From Nitrospinaceae bacterium (lineage in GTDB: Bacteria; Nitrospinota; Nitrospinia; Nitrospinales; VA-1), in contig JBHHVU010000008.1 of assembly GCA_046754465.1 (NCBI GenBank), forward strand, positions 1-64,000: a stretch of 64,000 nt of DNA. Reading direction: 5' to 3'. The translations under genes and the position numbers were made by a program. The notes beneath the pieces are model-generated. The model made no database searches, was not told where the DNA came from, and saw only the letters and a list, made by a program, of their open reading frames with translations. Positions 29,992 to 40,086 of this stretch are shown here, in pieces. Each line of letters starts with the position of its first letter. The first letter of the stretch is position 1.

Positions 29992-31173
29992 ATGAAACTT
30001 CAAGCCTCCAAAATTTCCGCGGAAAGAGACCTGTTCACGGCGTTAAAAGGAAAGTTCGGGTTTTTGCCCTGCCAGATGATCGAGCAGGCCTATCTTCAGG
30101 GCTTCATTCATTCCGAATCGCCGATTTTCCGGTCCCAGTTCCAACCCGTAAGCCTGGATTTGCGCCTGGGACCCAAAGCATACCGGATCCAGTGCAGTTT
30201 TTTGCCGGAAAATGAATCCGTCGAGGAAAAACTCAAACACGTCCAACTGTATGAATTTGATCTCCAGGGGACCCATGGGGTTCTGGAAAAAGGCGCCATC
30301 TATCTGATTCCCCTTTTGGAAGAATTGGATTTTCCGCCCTCGTTTTACGGCCTGGCCAATCCGAAAAGCTCCACGGGCCGGCTGGATATGTTCACGCGGG
30401 TCATCGTGGACCAAGGACATCGCTTCGATGAAATCCCCCGCGGTTACAAGGGCAAGATGTATCTGGAAGTCATTCCCCGGTCCTTCCCGGTGCGGGTGAA
30501 GGCGGGGTTATCCCTCAACCAGCTGCGAATCGCCAATGGCACCTCCATCACTTTGGGAAAACAGGCCTTGGGGCCCGATTACAAAAAATATCCCATCCTC
30601 TTCGACCGCAACGGATTCGAAATTCCCTTTGAAAACGTGAAGGTCGATGCGGGTTTGTTTGTCAGCGTTGACCTGACGGGGGAAGAAAAGGATTCCACCA
30701 TCGCTTATAAGGCCAAGACTAATTCCAATATCATCGACCTTACGAAACTCAATCACTACGACCCCCTGGAATTCTGGGAGCCCGTCGTTCGGCCCAGGAA
30801 CCATCGGCTGATCTTAGAGCCGGAATGTTTTTACATCATGATGTCGAAGGAAAAGATTTGCGTCTGGCCCCACTGGCTGGCCGAAATGGTGGCCTACGAA
30901 CCCAACAGCGGCGAGCTTCGGACCCATTACGCCGGGTTTTTCGATCCGGGTTTCGGCTGGGATGGCAGCGAATCGCGGATGAACCAGGGCACGTGCGCGG
31001 TCATGGAAGTGCGGCCCCACGACGTTCCCTTCATGGTGGAAGACGGCCAGACCTTTTGCCGGCTGAAATTTGAAAAAGTCGTCGAGCGCCCGGAAAAGGT
31101 GTATGGAAAAAAAATCGATTCTCATTACCATTCCCAAGGGCTGGCCCTGAGCAAGTATTTTAAACAGGGATGA
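29992..31173 (+). CDS. dcd: 2'-deoxycytidine 5'-triphosphate deaminase (long, two-domain type)
   Basis: QPVSLDLRLG, NPKSSTGRLD, HYAGFFDPGFG, EVRPHDVPF, LSKYF. Confidence 0.9.
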   Translation: MKLQASKISAERDLFTALKGKFGFLPCQMIEQAYLQGFIHSESPIFRSQFQPVSLDLRLGPKAYRIQCSFLPENESVEEKLKHVQLYEFDLQGTHGVLEKGAIYLIPLLEELDFPPSFYGLANPKSSTGRLDMFTRVIVDQGHRFDEIPRGYKGKMYLEVIPRSFPVRVKAGLSLNQLRIANGTSITLGKQALGPDYKKYPILFDRNGFEIPFENVKVDAGLFVSVDLTGEEKDSTIAYKAKTNSNIIDLTKLNHYDPLEFWEPVVRPRNHRLILEPECFYIMMSKEKICVWPHWLAEMVAYEPNSGELRTHYAGFFDPGFGWDGSESRMNQGTCAVMEVRPHDVPFMVEDGQTFCRLKFEKVVERPEKVYGKKIDSHYHSQGLALSKYFKQG

Positions 31174-31242
31174 TCCCGGGCTCCTCTCCATCCCTCCTGC
31201 TCCCAAGGCGTTTTTCCAATCCCGTTCCGGAAAAATTTAGTT

Positions 31243-31271
31243 TTGCACCATGTTGGGATTGACTATAGAAT
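31243..31271 (+). promoter_or_regulatory. Putative sigma70 promoter for scpB-rluB
   Basis: TTGCAC (31243-31248), 17 nt, TAGAAT (31266-31271). Confidence 0.5.
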
Positions 31272-31298
31272 AACCTTGAAAACAACAGGAAAGAACCC

Positions 31299-32036
31299 TT
31301 GGAACAGGAAGAATTAAAAGCCATCATCGAAAACGTGCTTCTGGCTTCGGACCAACCGGTGACGCCCGACGCCCTGCAGAAGACCGTCATGAATGGCACG
31401 GAAAAAGCCGTGTTGCGAGCCGTCCTCGAGGAATTGCGGGAAGAGTACCAGTCCAGGAATCTGCAAATCCTGGAAGTGGCCGAGGGGTACCAACTTTGCA
31501 CCCGGCATGAATATTCCGATTGGATTCGCAAATATCTCAAGCTCGATAAAACGGCCAAGCTTTCGCAACCCGGAATCGACACCCTTTCCATCATAGCCTA
31601 CAAACAGCCCCTCACCCGGCAGGAGGTGGAAGAGATCCGCGGGGTGGACTCCAGTGGTGTCATCAAGACCTTGCTGGAGAAAAATGTGATCGGCCCCGCC
31701 GGACGGAAAAAGGTTCCCGGAAGACCCATAATGTACCGGACCACCCGAAAGTTCCTGGAGTATTTCGGGCTCCGGGACTTGAGCGAATTACCCACATTGG
31801 AAGACTTCAAGGAAGAACTCTCCGGGGAAGCGGATTCCCCGACCCAGACGGAAATCGATTTTGAGGAAGGCGCCCCGGCAGGCCTCTCCTCCGAGGGCGT
31901 TGGGGCGGAATCCCGGGACAACGTGGAACCGCCAAAACCGGAGCCGGAAACAGATTCCGAAGAAAGCGTTGACGATTCCAACGGAAAGGTTCCAGGTTCC
32001 GCGATCCCCGAAGAGGAAGCCGATCTTGAAAAATAA
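31299..32036 (+). CDS. scpB: SMC-Scp complex subunit ScpB
   Basis: TLSIIAYKQPLTRQEVEEIRGV, GRPIMYRTTRKFLEYFGL, acidic tail. Confidence 0.95.
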   Translation: MEQEELKAIIENVLLASDQPVTPDALQKTVMNGTEKAVLRAVLEELREEYQSRNLQILEVAEGYQLCTRHEYSDWIRKYLKLDKTAKLSQPGIDTLSIIAYKQPLTRQEVEEIRGVDSSGVIKTLLEKNVIGPAGRKKVPGRPIMYRTTRKFLEYFGLRDLSELPTLEDFKEELSGEADSPTQTEIDFEEGAPAGLSSEGVGAESRDNVEPPKPEPETDSEESVDDSNGKVPGSAIPEEEADLEK

Positions 32037-32063
32037 AGTTCCTTTCCGGAATCCCCATGGAAA

Positions 32064-32798
32064 ATGAAGATGCGTTTGCAAAAGGTCATAGCCGATGCGG
32101 GGCTCGCGTCCCGCCGGGAAGCGGAACGCTGGATCGCCGAGGGAAAAGTGCGGGTCAACGGCAGCGTCGTCCGGCAAGCGGGGGTCCTCGCCGACCCGGA
32201 ACAGGACAGGATTCGTGTTAACGGGAAATTGATTCCCCCGTCCCGGGATAAGACTTACATGGTCCTGAACAAACCCCCCGGGTGCCTGACCACCATGGTG
32301 AAAGACCCGCGCGGCCGGCGGACCGTGATGGACTTTTTAAAAAAAGTGCCCGCCCGCGTGTTTCCCGTCGGCAGGCTCGACTACCATACCCAGGGATTGT
32401 TATTGTTCACCAATGATGGGAACCTGTCCCGAAAACTGCTTGCCCCCAAATCCCGGGTGGAACGCACCTATCAGGTAAAAGTCCGGGGAATTCCCGAGGA
32501 AAAGGCGCTCAACAAGCTTCGGAAAGGGATCCGGCTGGATTACCAACCCACCGCACCCATCCAAACCCAGGTTCTCAGGATCACCGGAAAAAACTGTGTC
32601 CTCACCATGAAACTGGTGGAAGGAAAAAACCGGCACATCAAGCGGGTTTGTGAGAAGATCGGGCATCCCGTGATCAAGTTGAAAAGAACCCATTTCGGCA
32701 AAATAAACCTGACCGGCCTGCCCCTCGGGGCCTACCGGTTCCTCACCCCCCGCGAAATGCGCTCCCTGTTTGACGCTGTCAGGAAGAATGACCGTTAG
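32064..32798 (+). CDS. rluB: rRNA pseudouridine synthase, RsuA/RluB family
   Basis: S4 domain RLQKVIADAGLASRR, VGRLDYHTQGLLLFTNDG, EGKNR. Confidence 0.88.
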   Translation: MKMRLQKVIADAGLASRREAERWIAEGKVRVNGSVVRQAGVLADPEQDRIRVNGKLIPPSRDKTYMVLNKPPGCLTTMVKDPRGRRTVMDFLKKVPARVFPVGRLDYHTQGLLLFTNDGNLSRKLLAPKSRVERTYQVKVRGIPEEKALNKLRKGIRLDYQPTAPIQTQVLRITGKNCVLTMKLVEGKNRHIKRVCEKIGHPVIKLKRTHFGKINLTGLPLGAYRFLTPREMRSLFDAVRKNDR

Positions 32799-32800
32799 CG

Positions 32801-33889
32801 GTGAGGGCCTTGGCGCAAGCTTCCATCCTTTTACCGGAAGGCCGTTCGATGGGTGGTTTTAATATCCTGACACAAAGAATTTCCGAGGTCTCATCCGTGG
32901 CAGCCTTTCACACCAAATTAATCATTCCCGTCCTTGTCCTCCTAGGGATAGCCGGTTTAAATTCGCCGCGGGAGGCCGCCACCGAGGCCCAGACGCCGGT
33001 TCAAAACACCTACGAGGTGAGTGCTCGTGTGGATGTGACCCACGGCAAATTCCAGGCCGCCAGAAAACAGGCCGTAACCCGGGCCATGAAATCCGCTGTC
33101 GAGGAAGCCTTACGGGATTTGATGGGTGACCAAACTTTCGATACCAAGCGTCCCGGTCTCGCCAGGATGCTTGGGGACCCCAAACCCTACGTCCAGAGTT
33201 ACCGGTTCCTCCGCGCGTATGATGATCCCGTCGAAAAGGTGACGGAAGTGACCTTGGAAGTGAGCCTGTTTCCCAATGCCGTAAGAAAATCCTTGAACCG
33301 CCTGGGAATGATCCCCGGGGAGGAAAGTGCGAAAAACGTGGTCATCCTGATTCGGGAAAAAAGTTTTACCTCCAAGAATGCGGCGCCGTTTTGGGATACC
33401 GTGCCTATCTCCGAAACCGCGTTGGTTCGCAATTTCACCGAAGCGAGGGTCCAGGTCATCCCGCGTGATTCGATCGTCGAGGAGGTGCCGGAAGAAACCG
33501 TGCTCAATGCCATCAAGGGAAATTTGAACGATGCGGTCACAATCGGCTTGAAAGCGGGGGCGGATATCGTTATCGTGGGCAGCGCGGTGTCCACCCGATT
33601 GGAGACCCCCGGTGTGCGGAGGCTGACCACCGTGCGGACCAATATCAGCGTTCGGGTCATATCTGTTTCCAATTCCGGTGTCATGGCGGCGAAAAGCGAT
33701 TTTGCCACCGCCCAAAAAGCGGATCCCCTGGAAGGTGAACTGGAGGCCTTTGGTGTGGTGAGTAAAAAAATATCCGATTTTCTCCTGCCAACGCTGGGCC
33801 GTTACTGGAAGGTGGGAACCGGCCCCCGCCCACCCGCTCCCGCCGCCCGCAAACCCGCGGCGCCTTCTTTACCGTTGAGCGATCTCTAA
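32801..33889 (+). CDS. Hypothetical exported protein (FlgT-N/CsgG-like fold possible; start uncertain)
   Basis: Hydrophobic N-terminal segment, ARKQAVTRAMKSAVEEAL helix, GADIVIVG strand. Sits inside the operon. Confidence 0.65.
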   Translation: MRALAQASILLPEGRSMGGFNILTQRISEVSSVAAFHTKLIIPVLVLLGIAGLNSPREAATEAQTPVQNTYEVSARVDVTHGKFQAARKQAVTRAMKSAVEEALRDLMGDQTFDTKRPGLARMLGDPKPYVQSYRFLRAYDDPVEKVTEVTLEVSLFPNAVRKSLNRLGMIPGEESAKNVVILIREKSFTSKNAAPFWDTVPISETALVRNFTEARVQVIPRDSIVEEVPEETVLNAIKGNLNDAVTIGLKAGADIVIVGSAVSTRLETPGVRRLTTVRTNISVRVISVSNSGVMAAKSDFATAQKADPLEGELEAFGVVSKKISDFLLPTLGRYWKVGTGPRPPAPAARKPAAPSLPLSDL

Positions 33890-33892
33890 CGC

Positions 33893-34963
33893 ATGGACCG
33901 GGAAAAAAGTAAACAGGCCCTCATCATCACCCTCGTCACCCTCGCCCTCCTGTTGGTGGTTTTTTATTATGCCCGGCACGTGGCCGTTCCCTTTTTTGTT
34001 GCCTTTGCCCTGGCCTACCTTTTGGATCCCGTCGTCGACCGGCTGGAATCTTTTAAAATCTCCCGCACCTTTTCGGTTATTATTCTGATGCTGCTTTTCT
34101 TTTCCGTGTGTTTGGCTGGCGGAATTCTTATTTTCCCCATCCTGCGCGTGCAGGCGGAAAACTTGACGCAAAACCTTCCCCAATACCTCGCGGTGGTTCA
34201 GGAGTGGCTCCGGCCCCTGCTGGAAAAAGTGGCCGGATTGGACCCTTCCCGAATCCAGGAATACCTGAATGAAGGAATCGGAAAATTCGGCGAATTGCCC
34301 CTGAAAATACTGACCGTGACCTCGTCCTTCCTCTGGGATTCCGTTTCCAGCCTGTTCAACATGATCCTCATGGTGGCCAATGTGGTCATCATTCCCGTGG
34401 TCATGTTTTATCTTCTCCGGGATTTCGACCGGATCAACGAAAAACTGCTGGCCCTCGTGCCCCCACGGTTCAAGGAGAAAACCCTGGAAACCGTCCGGGA
34501 GATCGACCGCGTCCTCGCCAGTTTCGTTCGGGGTCAACTGATGGTGGCCCTGTTGATGGGCGTGTTGTATTCCCTGGGTTTGTATTTGTGCGGGACTCCC
34601 CTGAGCCTGTTTATCGGGCTGGTGGCGGGACTGGCCAACCTCGTGCCTTATTTGGGAATCATCGTGGGTTTCATTCCGGCGGCTCTTTTGACCTATCTGC
34701 AGACCCGGGGAGGGCTCCCGGTGCTGGAAGTGGTGGGAGTGTTCGCCGCCGTGCAAATCCTGGAGGGGATGGTGATCACCCCCCGGATTCTGGGAACCAA
34801 TATTGGACTGCACCCCGTGGCGGTCATTTTCGCCGTACTGCTGGGAGGCGAACTCTTTGGGCTGGCGGGCATCATCCTGGGAGTCCCCGCCGTGGCGGTG
34901 CTCAATGTCCTGTTCAACAGGGGATTGATGCAATACAAAAAGTCCACCTTTTACACCAGCTGA
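33893..34963 (+). CDS. AI-2E family transporter
   Basis: PFFVAFALAYLLDPVV, FVRGQL, PYLG, GLHPVAVIFAVLLGGELFG. Confidence 0.92.
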   Translation: MDREKSKQALIITLVTLALLLVVFYYARHVAVPFFVAFALAYLLDPVVDRLESFKISRTFSVIILMLLFFSVCLAGGILIFPILRVQAENLTQNLPQYLAVVQEWLRPLLEKVAGLDPSRIQEYLNEGIGKFGELPLKILTVTSSFLWDSVSSLFNMILMVANVVIIPVVMFYLLRDFDRINEKLLALVPPRFKEKTLETVREIDRVLASFVRGQLMVALLMGVLYSLGLYLCGTPLSLFIGLVAGLANLVPYLGIIVGFIPAALLTYLQTRGGLPVLEVVGVFAAVQILEGMVITPRILGTNIGLHPVAVIFAVLLGGELFGLAGIILGVPAVAVLNVLFNRGLMQYKKSTFYTS

Positions 34964-35068
34964 CCACCCGGCCGGTGACGGGCCTTGTTTCTAAATAAAA
35001 GAGGGATCCCGCGGTCCCCGGCAAGAGGCAACCACAGGCTGAACCGGATGAGGCGGTTTTTCTGAAAT

Positions 35069-35425
35069 CTACTTACATTGTTTTGGGGATTTTGGCTTTT
35101 TGTCCGGTGTCGTGAGAATACCGATGACACCGCCCACCACGGCACTGGTTTTCTCGCTTCCCAAAGGTTGCACCACGGACCCAACGACTGCTCCCACCGC
35201 TCCCCGTGTCACCATTTTTTCAAATTTCCTGTAGCTCACAATGGTAGAGGTTTGATCGGACTTGATGCAGGGAGAGTTTTTGAAGTGGACAGAACTGGTG
35301 TCGCCGTTTTTGTGGACTTTGGGGGTCCCGGCGTTTTTCATCCAAAGGACTTGGGTGTCCTTGGCTTCCAGGGTGGAAACGGAGCCAAGAAAAAGCACCA
35401 GTCCCAACAAAATAGATATCCGCAT
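35069..35425 (-). CDS. Small exported protein with a glycine-zipper 2TM-like motif
   Basis: Signal peptide, GAVGAVVGS...AVVGGVIG, GGAGG SD. Confidence 0.7.
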   Translation of the reverse strand: MRISILLGLVLFLGSVSTLEAKDTQVLWMKNAGTPKVHKNGDTSSVHFKNSPCIKSDQTSTIVSYRKFEKMVTRGAVGAVVGSVVQPLGSEKTSAVVGGVIGILTTPDKKPKSPKQCK

Positions 35426-35614
35426 GAAACCTCCAGGGAAGAGGGGATTTTTCTTTACAAGAAGAGAGTTTACACGATGGATATTACAAAAAGATCAAGT
35501 CCGGGTTACAGTTTGGTTATTTAATACACCGGCCGGAAGGGGAGGATGTGCCGGGTATCGCCGGTGTTTCCCCTGGAATCAAACGTGGGAACCGCTGCCC
35601 CCTGGAGGCGAGGG

Positions 35615-36688
35615 TCAAACGTATTGGTAACGCATGTTTCGTCTTTGGGGAACAAAGCCGCCATCGGTGATGAGCCGGCGAAGATCTTCCTCGTTGAGGC
35701 AGTGAATGGTTCCCGCGGCGCGCACGACGTTTTCCTCGAGCATGGTGCTTCCCATGTCGTTGGCCCCGTAATACAGGGCGACCTGACCGATCTTGGGTCC
35801 CTGGGTGACCCAGGAGGACTGAATGTTGTCGAAATTGTCCAGCACGATCCGGCTGATGGCCAGGGTTTTCAAATAGTCGAGCCCGCTGACCGGGGTTTTG
35901 ATTCCCATATCCCGGCTCAACTCCGTGTTCCCGGGTTGAAAGGGCCAGGGGATGAAGGCGGTGAATCCGCCGGTTTTGTCCTGTTGTTCGCGGATTCGTA
36001 TCAGGTGCTCCACCCGGTCATCCAGGGTTTCCACGTGCCCGAACATCATGGTGGCCGTGGTGGGGATTCCCATTCCGTGGGCCAGGTCCATCACTTCGAG
36101 CCACTGATCGGTGGAACATTTATAGGGACTGATCTTTTTCCGCACCCGGTCCACTAGAATTTCGCCGCCGCCGCCTGGAATGGAGTCGAGCCCGGCCGCA
36201 TGCAGACGTTCCAGGGTCTCCTGGAGCGTTATTTTAGAAATCTTGGCCGTGAAGACCATTTCCGGAGGGGACAAGGCGTGCAAATGAATATCGTACCGTT
36301 CCTTGATTTTTCGGAACAGGTCTTCGAAATACTCGATCCGGAGGTCGATATGGTGTCCCCCCTGCAGAAGAATCTGCCGCCCCCCCAGCGCGAGGGTTTC
36401 CTCTATTTTTTTGCCGATGGTTTCAAAGGGAAGGACATAGGAGTCGGTGTCCTTTTCCTTGCGGTAGAAGGCGCAAAAGGTGCAATCGGTGACGCAGATG
36501 TTGGTATAGTTGATGTTGCGGTCGACTATATAGGTGATCACCCGGGCTTTTCTTTTTTTCCGCGCGATCCGGGAGGCCACGTTTCCCAGGAGAAGGATAT
36601 CCGGCACCGAAAACAGCTGGACGGCCTCGGCGTGGTGGATCCTTTCGCCATCGAGGGCTTTTTGGAGGATGGTTTCCCACATGGTCAA
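35615..36688 (-). CDS. mqnC: Cyclic dehypoxanthine futalosine synthase (radical SAM, futalosine menaquinone pathway)
   Basis: DRNINYTNICVTDCTFCAF, PGGGGEIL, TATMMFGH, QSSWVTQG, EENVV. Confidence 0.92.
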   Translation of the reverse strand: MTMWETILQKALDGERIHHAEAVQLFSVPDILLLGNVASRIARKKRKARVITYIVDRNINYTNICVTDCTFCAFYRKEKDTDSYVLPFETIGKKIEETLALGGRQILLQGGHHIDLRIEYFEDLFRKIKERYDIHLHALSPPEMVFTAKISKITLQETLERLHAAGLDSIPGGGGEILVDRVRKKISPYKCSTDQWLEVMDLAHGMGIPTTATMMFGHVETLDDRVEHLIRIREQQDKTGGFTAFIPWPFQPGNTELSRDMGIKTPVSGLDYLKTLAISRIVLDNFDNIQSSWVTQGPKIGQVALYYGANDMGSTMLEENVVRAAGTIHCLNEEDLRRLITDGGFVPQRRNMRYQYV

Positions 36689-37071
36689 CCGTTGGTATGA
36701 ATTTCCAGGTGATTGTAATCCGGGTCGGTGAAATAGATGGATTCCCCGTCGCCGCGCCGGACGGGTCCGCTGTCGATGGTCACGTTATTTTTTTTAAGTT
36801 CTTCGATGATTTTCGCGAATTGATCCCGCTTGGTTTTGAAAGCCAGATGCATGTACCCCGTTTCGCTCAAATGATCCAACGCCTCCTTCATTTCCATGCC
36901 AGGGGATTCGAACAGGGCGATGGCGGCGTTTCCCGCGTCCAGCATGAGGTGCCTCAACCCCTTGGAAAACCTCCGGGAGACCTTGAACCCCAGAACCCCG
37001 GTGTAAAACTGTTCCGCCCGGTCCAGGTCGCGAACATTGAGTGCGATGTGGTGGATGCCTTCGAGCCGCAT
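36685..37071 (-). CDS. VOC/glyoxalase family protein
   Basis: IHHIALNVRDLDRAEQFY, HLAF, YFTDPDYNHLEI. Stop overlaps the mqnC start. Confidence 0.88.
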   Translation of the reverse strand: MRLEGIHHIALNVRDLDRAEQFYTGVLGFKVSRRFSKGLRHLMLDAGNAAIALFESPGMEMKEALDHLSETGYMHLAFKTKRDQFAKIIEELKKNNVTIDSGPVRRGDGESIYFTDPDYNHLEIHTNG

Positions 37072-37096
37072 GGTTGGCCGTGAGAGGAGTGCCCGT

Positions 37097-37462
37097 TTAT
37101 AACGTGCCGTCCCCGGTACCGAGTGAGGGGGCGACGATGCCGTCCATGCCCGTGTCTCCCATGGCTTCTTCATCCGTGATGACGAAGATATGGTAGCCGA
37201 ACGTGGTTTTGACCGGGCCCCGCAGTTCGTGCACCGGGGCCGCCATCGCCGCCTTGTAAAGCTCCGGGGCGCTGGTGTGAACCTCCAGGGTGCCTAGATC
37301 GCCACCATTGTGACGGGTCCCGCAGGCGCTGTACTTTTTGGCCAGTTTGGCGAAACTCTTCATCATCTGACCGTAATTCTCGTAGGATTTCAGGTGTTCC
37401 AGCAAAACGTCCGCCACCTCCTTGGTGGTCAACACGATGTGGCTGATTTGAAGTGATCTCAT
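37097..37462 (-). CDS. Parvulin-type peptidyl-prolyl isomerase (PpiC-like)
   Basis: SHIVL, FAKLAKKYSAC, GGDLG, PVKTTFGYHI. Confidence 0.88.
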   Translation of the reverse strand: MRSLQISHIVLTTKEVADVLLEHLKSYENYGQMMKSFAKLAKKYSACGTRHNGGDLGTLEVHTSAPELYKAAMAAPVHELRGPVKTTFGYHIFVITDEEAMGDTGMDGIVAPSLGTGDGTL

Positions 37463-37598
37463 GGGTTCAATACTCTTAAATTAAATATTCCAAAGCGCAA
37501 ATCACCTGCAAACTCTATAAGTCCCGAATCATGGATTTTTAAATTTTAGCGGTTTTGAGGAAATATACAAGGAATACTTTGGCAAACCGGCAGGCGGC

Positions 37599-38414
37599 TC
37601 AAAGTCCGAAACTGACCATGCTCATCAACCGGGGAACCAGTTTGGGCCGGGCGAGCCGGGGATCGTATCCCATCAGCCGCCGGTTGTTTTCACGCAGGCA
37701 CAGGTTGATGAAATCCTTGGGGGACATGCCGGATTTCTCATGCTTCCGAGCCTGGATCGTGAAGGCCGATCCCCCCATGTTCTTTAAATCCATCAACCGG
37801 GACCACGCCGCGGCCCAGAACGCCCACATCGTTGACAGATAATGCAGAGGCTGGAGGAGAAACGGCCGGGTCTGGCGCATGTACAAAATCCAGTTCTGGA
37901 TGAACAGGATGTGTCTGGCCTCTTCCTGAACGATCGGTTCCATGACCCGGATCAATTCCAGCGGATAGTCCCCGGTGGATTTGGAAATCTCAAGGAATCC
38001 GAAGGCAAAAAAGGAGTCGATACATTCCCCCGCTCCCGTGCGGAGAAAACCCCATTCCAGATTGCCAGGCAGCGGGTTGTCGGGGATTTCCTTGAAGGGA
38101 ATATTGTATCGATTGAGAAAGTATTTGAGAATATCGGCGTGCCGCCTTTCCTCATAACCTTGAAGGGCCATCGCTTTCTTGAGAAGCGGATCGGTGATTT
38201 CTTCGGAATAAGCCTTGAGTTTGTGGAAAACCTGGCTCTCGGTGTGGACGGCATAGTCCCATATGGGAAAGTCCGCCAGTTTTTGAATCGTTTCTTCTTT
38301 CAGATCCGGCCAGGCCAGTTCTTCGGGACGAAACGGTTGGTGGGTATCAATAAAAAACCGGCAAAACAGATTTTTGTGTTCTTCCGTTCCGTATTCCATG
38401 GCGGCAGGAGACAC
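37599..38414 (-). CDS. Ferritin-like (di-iron carboxylate) domain protein
   Basis: Two ExxH motifs (EERRH, EEARH) plus ECIDSFFAFG. Confidence 0.78.
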   Translation of the reverse strand: MSPAAMEYGTEEHKNLFCRFFIDTHQPFRPEELAWPDLKEETIQKLADFPIWDYAVHTESQVFHKLKAYSEEITDPLLKKAMALQGYEERRHADILKYFLNRYNIPFKEIPDNPLPGNLEWGFLRTGAGECIDSFFAFGFLEISKSTGDYPLELIRVMEPIVQEEARHILFIQNWILYMRQTRPFLLQPLHYLSTMWAFWAAAWSRLMDLKNMGGSAFTIQARKHEKSGMSPKDFINLCLRENNRRLMGYDPRLARPKLVPRLMSMVSFGL

Positions 38415-38541
38415 CAGTCAATCGTTTGATCTTTCATGAGGGGTTCAAAAAAAAAACACTTATTTTTAGCATAGAAGGAAAAGGGTGTCCAAATTTTTTT
38501 GCCGCCCCCGCGAAGCCCGGGGGAAATGGGGCGAGGCGGGC

Positions 38542-40086
38542 TCACTTTCCGGTGGGCACAGCGAAATGGGTTTCGATGGCCTCCACCAGCCCCTCCACCG
38601 TGTACTGTTCGGGAATGATTTCCACCCGCAACCCCTCGTCCTGGGCGGTTTTCGCGGTGATGGGTCCGATGGCCGCTATCTTGACCCCCTCGAGCAGGGG
38701 CCTGCGGTCCGATCCTATGAGCTGGAGAAAATTCGTCACTGTCGAAGAAGAGGTGAAGGTGACCATGTCGATACTTCTCGCCTTCAGCCGGTTGAAAAGG
38801 TCTTCATTTTTCGTTTCCGGGGGCAGGGTCCGGTAGGCGGATACCACATCCACCTCCGCACCGAGAGAGCGAAGTTTTTCCGGCAGGATTTCCCGGGCGA
38901 CGGCGGCGCGGGGGATCAGGAACCGTTTTCCCCGCACCTCTTCCTGTTCCAGCCGGGCGATCAGCGATTCGGCCACAAAGTCATCCGGCACCACATCCAC
39001 CCGGATACCAAGATCGCGGACCGCCCGCTCGGTTTTGGGTCCGATGGCGTACACGCGGACCCCCCTGAGTTCCCGGATATCTTTTTCGTTTTCTTTCAGC
39101 CGGCGGATGAAAAACCGGACGCCGTTGGCGCTGGTGAAGATCAGCCCAGAATACTGGGAAAGTTGTTCAAGAGCCCGGTCCAGCGGAGCCCAATCCTCCG
39201 GCGGCACCGTGCGGATCACCGGAAAGGAGAAAGGCTCGGCGCCCCGTTCCTGCAGGAGATTGATGAAGGTTTCCGACTGCTCTTCCGCCCGTGTGATCAC
39301 CACGGTTTTCCCGAACAGGGGCAGGGTTTCGTACCAATCGATGAGGGGCTTGAGGTGGACCACCTCGCCGATGATCGTCAACGCGGGGGGGGAAATTTTT
39401 TCCTTCAGGGCGATGCCGACGATAGTCTCCAGCGTTCCCGTCCATGTCTTCTGTCGGGAAGTGGTGCCCCACTGAACGACTGCGATGGGGGTCGCGGGGT
39501 TCTTGCCGAACTTCATGAGGTTTTCGCAAATCTGCCGAAGTTTCCTGGCTCCCATGAGGAAGACCAGCGTGCCGGAACGGCTGGCGATCTTTTCCCAGTC
39601 GATGCGGATATCCTTCTGGTTCTTTTCGTTGCTTCCCGTGATGATGGAAACGGAGGAGGAGTGATCCCGGTGCGTGAGCGGGATTCCCGCGTAAGCCGAA
39701 ACTCCCACGGGAGAGGTGACGCCAGGGACCACAATAAAGGGGATCCCGGCCCGTTTCAGTTCCTGCGCCTCTTCCCCGCCCCGGCCGAAGATGAAGGGAT
39801 CTCCGCCCTTGAGACGGACGACGGTTTTTCCCTCGCGGGCCTTCTGAACGAGGAGTGCGTTGATCTCCTCCTGGGGCAGCGAGGCGCATCCTGCCCTTTT
39901 CCCGGCGTAGATGGTTTCTGTGTCCTCCCGGCCGAAGCGGATCATGGCCAGGTTGACCAGGTGGTCGTAAATAATGACGTCCGCCCGTTGCAGCCACTCT
40001 TTTCCCCGTAGCGTGAGGAGGCCCACGTCCCCCGGCCCGGCCCCGACCAGAATGACTCGTCCTTTTTTGGGAGAAGGATCAACCAT
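38542..40086 (-). CDS. cobA: Uroporphyrinogen-III C-methyltransferase / uroporphyrinogen-III synthase fusion (CobA/HemD)
   Basis: VGAGPGDVGLLT, RLKGGDPFIFGRGGEE, then HemD motifs FTSANGV, AIGPKT, FTSSSTV. Confidence 0.94.
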   Translation of the reverse strand: MVDPSPKKGRVILVGAGPGDVGLLTLRGKEWLQRADVIIYDHLVNLAMIRFGREDTETIYAGKRAGCASLPQEEINALLVQKAREGKTVVRLKGGDPFIFGRGGEEAQELKRAGIPFIVVPGVTSPVGVSAYAGIPLTHRDHSSSVSIITGSNEKNQKDIRIDWEKIASRSGTLVFLMGARKLRQICENLMKFGKNPATPIAVVQWGTTSRQKTWTGTLETIVGIALKEKISPPALTIIGEVVHLKPLIDWYETLPLFGKTVVITRAEEQSETFINLLQERGAEPFSFPVIRTVPPEDWAPLDRALEQLSQYSGLIFTSANGVRFFIRRLKENEKDIRELRGVRVYAIGPKTERAVRDLGIRVDVVPDDFVAESLIARLEQEEVRGKRFLIPRAAVAREILPEKLRSLGAEVDVVSAYRTLPPETKNEDLFNRLKARSIDMVTFTSSSTVTNFLQLIGSDRRPLLEGVKIAAIGPITAKTAQDEGLRVEIIPEQYTVEGLVEAIETHFAVPTGK

